Source of the DNA: Oikopleura dioica | Taxonomy: Eukaryota; Animalia; Chordata | DNA: 64,000 bases | Assembly: GCA_907165135.1 (NCBI GenBank) | Contig: OU015567.1 | Coordinates: forward strand, 7,688,001-7,752,000 | Direction of reading: 5' to 3' | Shown: positions 48,591 to 61,848 of the stretch, in pieces | How the letters are laid out: every line of letters begins with the position of its first letter | Position numbering within the stretch: position 1 is the stretch's first letter | Position numbers and translations under genes: made by a program | The notes under the pieces: model-generated | Told to the model about the DNA's origin: nothing | The model's input: only the letters and a program-made list of their open reading frames with translations | The model's database searches: none

Positions 48591-51290
48591 ATGAGAGTTT
48601 TTGGAGCTTTTGCTCCTTTTGTGATAGGAGATGTGTACTTGCACTTTCCGAGAGGATCAAATAATCGGTTGAATGAGAACACCGAAAATCGAGCGAACGA
48701 TAATCGCGTTTTTGATTCCCAGGTACGATTTTACCAATAGTTTGGTGAGTAAATCTTTCAGAACAACAATAGAGGCGGTTATAACGTCGGTGATGTTACC
48801 GACGCCGCTGCTGGAAACAACAAAGAAAATCAAAATCGAGCCGTCTACTTTGAATCCACCTCTGAAGCTCCGACTGAAATTCAAATAGAATGGTGGAATC
48901 AGCATGGATGCGGGAAGCGGGATGAAAACGACGGGAATTGGGTGAACTGTCAGATTGTTCTTCAATACATGTGCGAAGATAGTGCAACGGCTTCTATTCA
49001 AAATGGACTTCAGACAAACACGGCTCAATATACCGATGCTGGAGAAGATGAAACCTTGGAGGAGTTTCAAGCGCGAAGAGATGCAGATATCCAAGGTTCA
49101 AAATCCTGCGTGATAATTATTTTTTTCATGAATATTTTAGAGAGTGAGAATCGTGGCATCCACGAGTCTTGGGATAATTACGAAACCTGTGTGAATCGAA
49201 ATAGAAACTACGGGCTTTTCAACGCAGATCAAGAAGTTCAACGAGGCGGTGCAATTTACACTCGTCAAAACCCAAACGGAGGGCGAAGTGGATATGAATG
49301 CTCGGAAGAACGCGACTACTACCCTTACTGGCATCCAACTCCATGGAAAGATATCGCGATTCTGACTTCAGAGCCAGAAAAATGTGAAGAGATCGTAGAA
49401 TCAAGCGCGAATCGACAAATGCGGTTTGAGTGCATTGAAAATATGCGTGGTTACAGGTATTCTTTCGTCGAAAATTAAATTTCTGAACAATCTCAGTAAA
49501 TGGAATACCGAAAAAGAGTGCGCCGAAAATAATGGAGAATGGGTTGGGTTTTACAACGGCAAGTTTACGTTTCCAAATATCGAAACAGAAGAAGATTGCT
49601 CAAAGCTTTCTCAAGAAATTGGACTGTCTAACGACGTAGTTTGGGGACGAGAATATCCAAAGAATGAGATCGTTTTCAATAGAAAAGCGAACTCCTGTAT
49701 TCTTCTCGAAGAAATCCCTGAATGCATCAAAGCACCGTGGTCGAGAGCAAATCATTTGGGCCATTCAGATCAAAACAACTATTTCTCAACTTATCGTTGG
49801 GCTCTTCCTAATTTCCATGGCTTGGTTGAATCTCAAGAGTGTGTTCTTAGAATCCGTTACAATATCACTACCAACGACTATCACGACGAGTTCGACAATG
49901 AAGAAACATCCACTTATTTTCCCGGAAAAGAAGCTAACGAAAATCCAGAGGTTGTCTATAAAGGACTCAACTTACAGGATGGTTCAATAGTTTTGCAAAA
50001 TAACTATTTTGATAACTTTTATTTTGTGAATGAAATAATTTCGGTATGAAACTGTTAAAAGCTTGCAATAAACACGGCCCAAACAGGGAGAGTATTCCAA
50101 GATCGCAGTCATGTGTTCCAGCTAAAGCCAAGACCAAAAGAAGTAGCCGTCAACAAGCGAATTGTCAATCTTGGTGTTCGAGGACGGCGCGGTAATATTG
50201 TGCAAACTTTCCCAGGTCTATTATTTCTCCGGTAAAATTTTTTTATATTTTGATTTGAAGCTGTCGAATACGATTTTTCGCCAACAATCCTTGAAATCTA
50301 CGAAGATGATTTGGTACACTTTCAGTGGGAAGGAAGCAACACTGTTCCCGCTTCAGACGGCGAAGGGACAGAAAGCACCGATCGAAGTAACATCGTCCCA
50401 TTCACTGTAAACAACGGAAATATTCCATCTGGCGAAGTGATGAACAACGGGAAAAGAAACTATTTTTCGATCGACAATAAAAGTCACTTTCATGTGATGT
50501 TTGTGAAGAAAAGTACCGTTTCTGAGATCCGTCATCATTGTGAAGAGGCGAAAATGGCCATTCCGGACATCAATTCGACGGAATTTCACGAAGCGTTGAT
50601 TGAATTTATTCAAGGAAGGGATAAAAATAGCATAAAACAAGCATTAAAGTTTAATGATTAAACTAACGGAATATCCCAATAAAAGCTAAAAATGCTCTTG
50701 AAGAAATCCCAATAACGACGGGCCTAGTCGAGCTACAGATGAGCAGCAACAGTAGCTTTCATGTTATGAAGAAAAATGGCACAATTGTTGAGGTCGATGA
50801 GAGGGAAAAGATATTCGAAGAGGCAATTTGCGTCACCTCGCTGGATCATGAAGTTTTGAGGACTCAAATCGGTGGACCCGACATGTTCGAAAAGTGGATT
50901 TGGAGCTCCATGAATATTCGGTAAGACGATGCAGGAACAAAGTTTCTCAAAATATTCAGAGACATTGAAGATCTCGAAAACCTCAAGCTTCAATTCGCAA
51001 GCTCAGGATACTACGGGTGTTACAAACCACAGCACTGCGACACTTCGATGGCTGAGAAAACTGAAGAGCTGCAAAATCAGCTCAACAATGCTCCAGCTTC
51101 ATTTCACGGCAACATCGTTCAAATGAAGATAGGAAGGCATCATTACATGGGCACGCGAAACAACAACTTCTCAAACAGAGCTCAGAAAGGGACAATCATC
51201 GTCAAGGAAGGAGAATATCCAAATCCTCGAAGCTCTGCTGAAATCATGAGTTTTTGCATCTTGCTTTTGGCTTTCGTCTTTATGATTTGA
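48591..51290 (+). CDS. Protein DD3-3-like, multi-exon; signal peptide and C-terminal hydrophobic tail (TM or GPI signal)
   Basis: [16 protein letters not shown]...[68 protein letters not shown] and [10 protein letters not shown] are DD3-3 family motifs (recalled); ends …[12 protein letters not shown]. Confidence 0.8.
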
Positions 51291-51745
51291 TTGAAAACAT
51301 GAAACATTCTTTTGGAGCTTTTCCAAGCCGCAAAATTCTTTCAGTTCTTTTGCTGGAATATATTCTTGGCAGGTAGAGATAAGCATTTTAGGTTCACCTT
51401 GAATCTTACTTGATTTGTTGAACTAAAACGACTGGTTAGTAAAAATGAAAGTAAACAAAATTGAAAGTGATCTGAATGGTGATAAATGAGATGATGATAA
51501 ACGAGGATGTAAATGTTACCTAAATTATCCCTGGCCCTAGAATATGTCAGTTAAAGTTGGTGATAGGAAATCAATTGGAAAATGTCGGAAGAAGTTGAGG
51601 TGAAGAGTGAGAAAAATAAAGAAGAGAGGTTAATCTCTATAAACTTAAAAATGAAGAAGCCTCAAAGTACAATACAGTGAGGTGGAACGGAAAATAAAAT
51701 ATGTACAAAATTGAAATGAAAAGATGAAAATGAGAACTCTGAACT

Positions 51746-53226
51746 TCATTCAGAGGCATTATTGTTATTTGGGGTCTTACTGGTAAAGAGCTTGGCTCCG
51801 GTGGACGACTTCGATTGGCGGCAGAATTTCGATATGATTGCGGAAGCTTGCTTTCCTGGAGGAGTGACGCGTTTTGCGAGCGCTTGAAGTTCTGCTTCCG
51901 TCCACTTGAATGATATTTTATAAGTAGCGATCTTTACCCGATGCCAAACCTGTTTTTTGAGAGAGAAAAGGTAATTGAAAAGTGTGAGCGGCTCTCTAGG
52001 CAAACTCATCGGGTTGAGATAGTTGATGACTTCTGTGCTTTTTCCTCTTGACGAGTCTGATGAGAGATAGGCGAATCCAAACAAGTCGTTTAATTCTGGT
52101 GTTACTTCGCTCGGAAGCACTGCACTCCAAACTTCCATAAATTCGTCCAAAATGATAGATTGGCCAGTTTTCTCCGCATTATCTTTGAGGATGAAAAGAG
52201 CAACTTGGATAGAAAGCCTCTTCGGACAGAGTTCGAAAGTTCCCATGTTCTCACTGATCGACATATTCTTCAAGCAATGGTAGATTGCCCACTCAGGATA
52301 GACTTCCCCTGCGTCGTTGACAGTCTGAGCCAATCCTTCTGCGTCGATCGCTGCTATTGACCAGGACTCGGAATCTACGATATTTGTGAGCTTTATAAAC
52401 ATAAAAATTTCATTCTATTTAGAGAAAAAGATGTTGTTATTGACAACTTGTTAGGATTCTCTTTGTATACCCTTCAAGCCATCAAAATGTACTTTCCAAA
52501 ATTTCTAAACGAATCTTTATAAAAGACAAACCGATCGTCATGCAAATTGCCTGCGCTACTTTCTCCATGTCCGTAACAAGTTTCCATCCATCACGATTAA
52601 CTGCACCAAGCCGATCTAGTTCGTCTAATATTTGAGTTTTTGAAGCTTGAACGCGATCAAGTAGTTCGTCCATAGAGACTCCTTTTGGTTCGCTTTTCTA
52701 GTTTAACCGATTGAAAAAAAATGTCGAAAATGAATATCGAAAACTATTCCTGTCGCCTTCAAGACTAAATTTGGGAAGCAATCGTTGTAATTTTTCAAGT
52801 TTGGGGAGAATTTCTTTTGGTTCCATGTAATCGTGCACGCGAAGAACAAGATCTGCCTTGGCTACTTCAGGCCCTTCCTTGTTTCGGGAAATAATCAAGT
52901 CTGGGCTGACAAGAAGTTCGTTCGATGTAGTGCACATTTTGATGTCAAATGTCTTCGTGTCTGTGCAGACGACAACGCCGTCTTTTGGATCCCCTAAAAA
53001 ATAAATCATAGAATGAAGAAAATTCCGGTTGCAGACCTCGGATAACAACATCTTCTCCTCTTTTCAACGCTAATTCCAAATCTTCATTGAGTTCAATCAA
53101 ACGAAACTTGTTCTGCTCGACAAAAGGAGAGAAGCTCACCGAGGCCGATGGAAGATTTATCTTTTCTCGATTGACTTTCGCATAATCTGCGCGCAGAAAG
53201 AACTGCTCGCGTTCCTGCTCATTCAT
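51746..53226 (-). CDS. DSCC1: Sister chromatid cohesion protein DCC1, multi-exon
   Basis: FRLIELNEDL…VVIRG(D)…VVVCTDTKTFDIKMCTTSNELLV; RVQASKTQILDEL; FMEVWSAVLP; LPREPLTLFNYLFSLKK.WTEAEL; ISKFCR. Confidence 0.85.
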
Positions 53227-53337
53227 CTTAATTTGTAAAAGATTAATTCAAAAATAAAATAGAAAAATAAACTCATTTTTAGCAGTAGTACAAAACAAAT
53301 AATAAAAAATCTAATAAAAATGAAGAATCAATTAACT

Positions 53338-55410
53338 CTAACAAATAGGATGAGAGATGACGCGTTGTGAGCCGTACGCCGAGAGTAGAATTTTTCCATT
53401 ACTTTCCCAGTTTACTCCAGTGAGCAAATAATCGCCTATTAATTCGCTCTTTATGACAGAGCCGGATGAAGTGAATAGAAGGATTCGCCCATCTTCGCCC
53501 GTGGAAACGCATAATTGAGGGGAAACATTTGGATCAGCTTTTGAAACTATGCTCGTAACGCCGGCTGTATGGCCATTTATTCGAAATTTGACGGTGTCTT
53601 TTTCAAGTCCGATAATCGCACCATCCATCGTTCCGATCAGAAGCGTTTGAGGCGCTACACATACTGTTGTAGCGATCGTTTCCTGGAAAGTTCGTCGAGA
53701 CTGTTACAAAGTGGCTTGACTACCTGGAGTTTGAGACTGTATAAAAGCTGGTTGTTGACTTCAATATTCCAAACAGTTACCCAGCCAGTCTCATCGACAA
53801 CGGCAAGAGTTTTGCCATCGCAATCCATGGCCATGATCGAGCAGTCCTTCAAGAATTTATAATTGGATAATCAGTAATAATATACTAATTACTTTTTTAC
53901 TTGATGAGGAATCTAAAGTCACATCACTGGCAAAGCCCGAGCCAGTAATTTTCATAATTCTAATCCTCCCATCTTCATGTCCAAAGAAAACCCTCGAAAT
54001 GTCTTCATGACTTGTTGCTGCAGTAATCGGTGTCTTTGAATTCCACGTCGCAAAGTGGCAGTAGGACTTGTGACCGTACAGAAACACCTGAGAAGAAGTG
54101 ACGATAACGATGCGCTGCTTCGAAACTTTTCCGATTTTCAACGGGTTTTCCGTAAAGTTGATCTTTATTTTGCCGCTTTTCTCGTCGCCAGTGACGACTG
54201 CGTTTTTCGAACAAACTAGAGGGACGATTTTGCCGTTCTTCTCGACAGTGATTAGATTGTCATTAACAAGAGAAGTGGTACCACCAAGAGAGAGGGTGCT
54301 ACTCATTCTTAAGAAAATCACCTAATGGCTTCTGACTCAACCGGAATCTCACTTTTCAGCAACTGACCTGCGAAAATCCTGCAAGAAAAGAGACAAACGA
54401 AATTGGGCTCTCATAGATATCATTTATTAACAGTAATTTCCTAGAAGATGATTGAATGCGAGCTAGAAAGAGCAAAATTACATGTACCGTTGCACAGAGG
54501 CCGCACAGCCGGGCTTGCGCCCTATGCATAGGCTTACCGGACTAAATTTCGGCACATTTTTCTAGCTTAATTTGGGGGTCATGTAACATATATTTAGAAA
54601 GCCCATGTCCTGAGCTTTCATTTGGGCACAGAATAAAGGGGTCTGAGTCATGCCCCCAAGCAATTTATGGGACCGGAAGTCTCAATATAGGCACTAGAAG
54701 TCTTCAATCAAATTTTTCGATACGTTTAGGAACTCCTGAGCCTTTAGGAACGGCTGGAATAGGAAGCTCAGACTCTGAGCTTTCTGTAGAGCCCATAAAA
54801 TCTAGCTGCCCTTCGGTCTAGCGGCCTCTAGTGGTCAAAGAAGGTGAGAATATGGGTATTTTTCGACAGGAACCCGAAAGGAAATTGAAAAAACCTTCCG
54901 GTTCTACCGCGGTTCAATTACTAAAGACTCATATATTGTTTATAATTGTTTTATAAATATAACAAGTAAGTTAAGAAGTCGGAAATTCGACTCGAAACCA
55001 GAAGATTCTCGACTTAAGCACTTATAAAGTCAACTTCTAGGGCCACAAGAGGGCGCTAGAGCCGAGGGCAGCTAGATTTTATGGGCTTTACAGAAAGCTA
55101 AGAGTCTGAGCTTTCTATCCCAACCGCTCCTCAAGGCTCTTGAGCTCCTAAACACATCGAAAAATCGATTGAAGAGTTCAAGTGCCTATTTTGGAACTTC
55201 CGGTCACATAATTTGCCTTGGGGGCATGACCTTGACCCCTTGATATTGTGCCCAAATGAAAGCTCAGCTTCTGGGCATTCTAAAGCTGTATCATAAGACC
55301 CCCCAACTAAGCTAGAAAAATCGACAAAAATCAGTCCGGTAAGCCTACCTATGCACAGCCACCGCAACAACCATATTTTGAAGATAGTGAGGGGAAACAC
55401 AACTAATATT
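53338..55410 (-). CDS. WD40-repeat protein, possibly F-box/WD; 5' exon interrupted by a MITE
   Basis: WD-like segments FFGHEDGRIRIM, LAVVDETGWVTVWNI, GHTAGVTSI…CVSTGEDGRILLF in ORFs 53857-54321, 53655-53852 and 53338-53628. The 5' exon and F-box call (DPILVVFPLTIFKIWLLRWLCIGRKPGCAASVQRY) are tentative. Confidence 0.65.
54529..55347. mobile_element. Non-autonomous DNA transposon (819 bp), ~310-bp TIRs, 8-bp TSD CCTATGCA; hAT-like
   Basis: Termini TAGGCTTACCGGACT / AGTCCGGTAAGCCTA are perfect inverted repeats; TSD at 54521-54528 and 55348-55355; arms align over ~54529-54835 vs ~55040-55347. Confidence 0.95.
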
Positions 55411-55587
55411 GGATCTAAAGAGAGCAGTATTTTTCAATTATAGACGCGGGATCAGAGACGGGGAAAGTGGCTCTTTTGCCGTCTCAAATCGGCCGCGCTA
55501 GAGGTTAGAAACATATTAACGGACAAAGGACGAACATTAATAGGCGGAACAGCTTGGTTGACGATCGGGTTTCTTTCAGTTGTCCGG

Positions 55588-57922
55588 TTAATCGACCTCC
55601 TCAATGGTGGGTCCGCCAGAAGCAGCGCCGGATTGGTCACCGCCAGCGGCTCCACCGGGAATCCACCTGGCATACCGCCTAAGAAGAAGTTGAATTCATT
55701 GAAAAAGATGTCGATTTTTACCTGGCATACCGCCGGGGGCGCCACCAGCACCCTGGTACATCTTGGTGATGATTGGGGTGCAGATCTTCTCGAGTTCCTT
55801 CTTCTGGTATTCGAACTCGTCCTAAAAATATTAGGAAAAGAGTCTTCCATTTTATTTTTACCTTCTCGGCAGTCTGGTTGGAGTCGAGCCACTGGATGGT
55901 CTCGCTGCACTTGTCGGAGATGGTCTTGATCTCTTCAGCGGAGATCTTGTCCTTGACCTTGTCGTCCTCGACGGTCTGCTTCATCTGGAAAGCATAGGAC
56001 TCGAGTTCGTTCTATAATATACAGTTAGTATTGGAAGGCAGTCAAACGAGTTTCACCTTGGCCTGGATCTTGTCCTTCTGGGCTTCATCCTCAGCCTTGA
56101 ACTTCTCGGCGTCGTTGACCATCTTCTCGATGTCCTCCTTGGAAAGTCGGCCCTTGTCGTTGGTGATGGTGATCTTGTTCTCTTTGCCAGTGGACTTGTC
56201 ACAGGCAGAGACGTTGAGGATACCGTTGGCATCGATATCGAAGGTGACCTCGATCTGGGGAACACCTCGTGGAGCTGGGGGGATCTGGGTGAGATCGAAC
56301 TTGCCAAGGAGGTTGTTGTCCTTGGTCATGGCTCGTTCACCTTCGAAGACCTGGATGAGGACACCGGGCTGGTTGTCGGAGTAGGTGGTGAAGGTCTGGG
56401 TCTGCTTAGTTGGGATGGTGGTGTTTCGCTTGATCAAAGCAGTCATGACGCCACCAGCGGTCTCGATACCGAGGGAGAGTGGGGCAACATCGAGGAGAAG
56501 GAGATCCTGGACTTCCTCGGATTTGTCACCGCAAAGGATGGCGGCCTGGACGGCGGCACCGTAGGCAACGGCCTCATCGGGGTTGATGGACTTGTTGAGT
56601 TCCTTTCCGTTGAAGTAGTCCTGGAGGAGCTTCTGGACCTTGGGGATTCGAGTGGAGCCACCGACGAGGACGATATCGTGGATGCCGTTCTTGTCGATTC
56701 GGGCGTCTCGGAGAGATTTCTCGACGGGGTCGAGGGTGCCTCGGAAGAGGTCGGAGCAGAGCTCTTCGAATCGGGCTCGGGTGATGGAGGTGTAAAAGTC
56801 AACACCCTCGAAGAGAGAATCGATTTCGATGGCGGCCTGGGTGGAGGAGGAAAGGGTTCGCTTCGCTCGCTCGCAGGCGGTTCGGAGACGTCGAACAGCT
56901 CGCTTGGATCCGGAGATGTCCTTCTTGTGCTTTCGCTTGAACTCCTGAAATATTTTTTAGAATAAGGGCTTCGATAATTTCGAAGCGTAAGTCAGATCGA
57001 GTTTGACAGCTCAGGGTTAAAAAGCTCTTTTGTAACTTCCAGGGAAAGTCAAGACAAATTGGGGTTAACATCCTTGCTGTCGAGGATAGCAAAATAAAAG
57101 TATATGAAGTTCACTGCCGATGATTGGCTTATGGTTTCGATATTTACCTGGGTGAAGTGGTTGACGAGTCGGTTATCGAAATCTTCACCACCCAAGTGAG
57201 TGTCACCAGCAGTGGATTTGACCTCGAAGATACCATCTTCAATGGAGAGGACGGAGACATCAAAGGTTCCACCGCCAAGATCGAAGATGAGGACGTTTCG
57301 CTCAGATCCGACCTTCTTGTCAAGACCGTAGGCGATAGCGGCAGCGGTGGGTTCGTTGATGATTCGGAGGACGTTGAGACCAGCGATGGTACCGGCATCC
57401 TTGGTGGCCTGTCGCTGAGAGTCGTTGAAGTAGGCTGGGACGGTGACGACAGCGTTGGGGACGTCCTTTCCGAGGTAGGCCTCGGCGGTGTCTCGCATCT
57501 TGGTGAGGACCATAGAGGAGATTTCTTCAGGGAAGAAAGTCTTGGTCTCGCCCTTGTATTCGACCTTAATCTTGGGCTTGGTGTTGTCGTTGATGACATC
57601 GAAGGACCAGTGCTTCATGTCGGACTGGACGACGGAATCGTCGAACTTTCGGCCAATCAATCGCTTGGCGTCGAAGACAGAGTTCGATGGGTTCATGGCG
57701 ACCTGGTTCTTGGCGGCATCACCGATAAGTCGTTCGGAGTCGGTGAAGGCGACGTACGATGGGGTAGTTCGGTTACCCTAAATAGAAGATGTAAGAATGT
57801 TATAAATGAAAATATCTAACCTGATCGTTGGCGATAATTTCGACTTTTCCATGCTGGAAAATACCGACGCAAGAATAGGTTGTTCCCAAATCAATACCAA
57901 CTGCGGCTCCCTTGGCGGCCAT
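55588..57922 (-). CDS. HSPA8: Cytosolic heat-shock cognate 70, multi-exon
   Basis: [48 protein letters not shown] repeats and C-terminal GPTIEEVD*. Confidence 0.97.
57005..57081 (-). ncRNA. SNORD36: Box C/D snoRNA, U36/SNORD36 (snR47) homologue, in a ~200-nt Hsc70 intron
   Basis: Terminal stem GACAGC/GCTGTC; box C-like AAGGATGT; 13-nt guide GAGCTTTTTAACC complementary to the conserved 18S GGUUAAAAAGCUC, directly followed by box D CTGA. Confidence 0.85.
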
Positions 57923-58467
57923 TTCGCTGTGTATTCGACTCGAAGCTCTGAAAACGTTGGAGATTAATTCCGTGTCGAGTGATTAAACCGGCGGTCAGGC
58001 AGTTGTATTTGTTCTACTTGATCATTTAACCTAAACAGATGACATTCTCGGGGCTGCCTTAGGGTCACGATGTTTGGGGTCAAATCGAAATCGAGCCGGG
58101 TTCGATTGAACTAACGGTGAGCGCATGAAGATCTCTGGGTTATAATTAAAATAAACAAGTATAAATTGAGGTGGCTCGACATGTCAAAGGCGCATTTAGC
58201 CAATATCAGGGGGAGGGGATTTCGAAAGGGGACAAACACACAAGTCAAAATGCGATAGGATTTTGGGCTCTTTGGTCTAAACTTCAGTTGAAATAACGTT
58301 ATGTAAAGCCTAAAATCTTATCGCATTTGATCACAAAAAATAACAAAAGGAATTTTGAGTAAAGAAATATATCCTAGTGGCGAAATGCCCCAGCGACAAA
58401 GTGGGGAAGTCGTGTACGTGTCTGGGTGGTAGTGATCGACAACGGACAGAGCTCAGAAAAGACGGGA

Positions 58468-61172
<2,705 letters not shown>

Positions 61173-61513
61173 TTATCTCTAAAAACGAAACGTATTTAGC
61201 CTTTGCCGGAGGGGTGAAAACCCAATAAAGGATGAAAATTTGAAGAAAAAATCGAACCCCTAAATCCACCACTCGAGCGCCACCCAGTCACGGGGACGCC
61301 CGAGATACGGGAGGTACGATCGAAGTTTGGGAATTATCAGCAGGGAGGTAAGATTTGAGGTGGATAAGAAAATTCTCTAAAAATGGTTGAAAAATGCTCT
61401 CTCTCGATTTCTTCTGACTGAACAGGAAAGCGCGTTCACCGATTCAGCTCGTCGTCACGTGGGCGGAGTCGATGGGCCAATCAGTGAGCGTATTTAGCCT
61501 CCCCCGCCAATCG

Positions 61514-61538
61514 AGAAGCTTCGCGAACTTTCGAGAAT
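61514..61538. promoter_or_regulatory. Perfect five-pentamer heat-shock element
   Basis: aGAAgcTTCgcGAActTTCgaGAAt, ~360 bp upstream of the Hsp90 ATG. A second, imperfect HSE at 61593-61612; CCAAT boxes near 61477, 61507 and 61584; GGGCGG at 61461. Confidence 0.88.
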
Positions 61539-61848
61539 GAGGCGGCTCCGCACTCCGAGCGGGCGCTACTACGAGCTGCGCGGCCAATCATCGTTCTCGA
61601 AGAATCGAGAAAATGGAAATTCCTCTGAGTCAAGTTGAAAATCGGCCAAAACGGCAATTAATCGTGAGAACTTGCATCATTAGAAGATTCATTTTCGATG
61701 AGAAAATACGAAATCACTTATTAGTTTCAAATAATTTGATATTAGCCCATTTTAATATGCATCATCTATTCACTTATCACTAGTTCAACCCTCTGTATAA
61801 CTACTCATTGAGTCCCTTGAAAATTTCATCAATTTCATTACTTTTAGA

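Noticed and set aside
56947-57149. U14 snoRNA expected in an Hsc70 intron
   Set aside because: No U14 domain A/B sequences seen; the guide matches U36 instead.
57950-58140. Possible snoRNA between Hsp90 and Hsc70 (hairpins, AGAACA, ACA, ATGATCA…CTGA, partial match to LSU GCGCAUGAA)
   Set aside because: Box spacing fits neither a two-hairpin H/ACA nor a C/D RNA, and there is no convincing terminal stem or guide.
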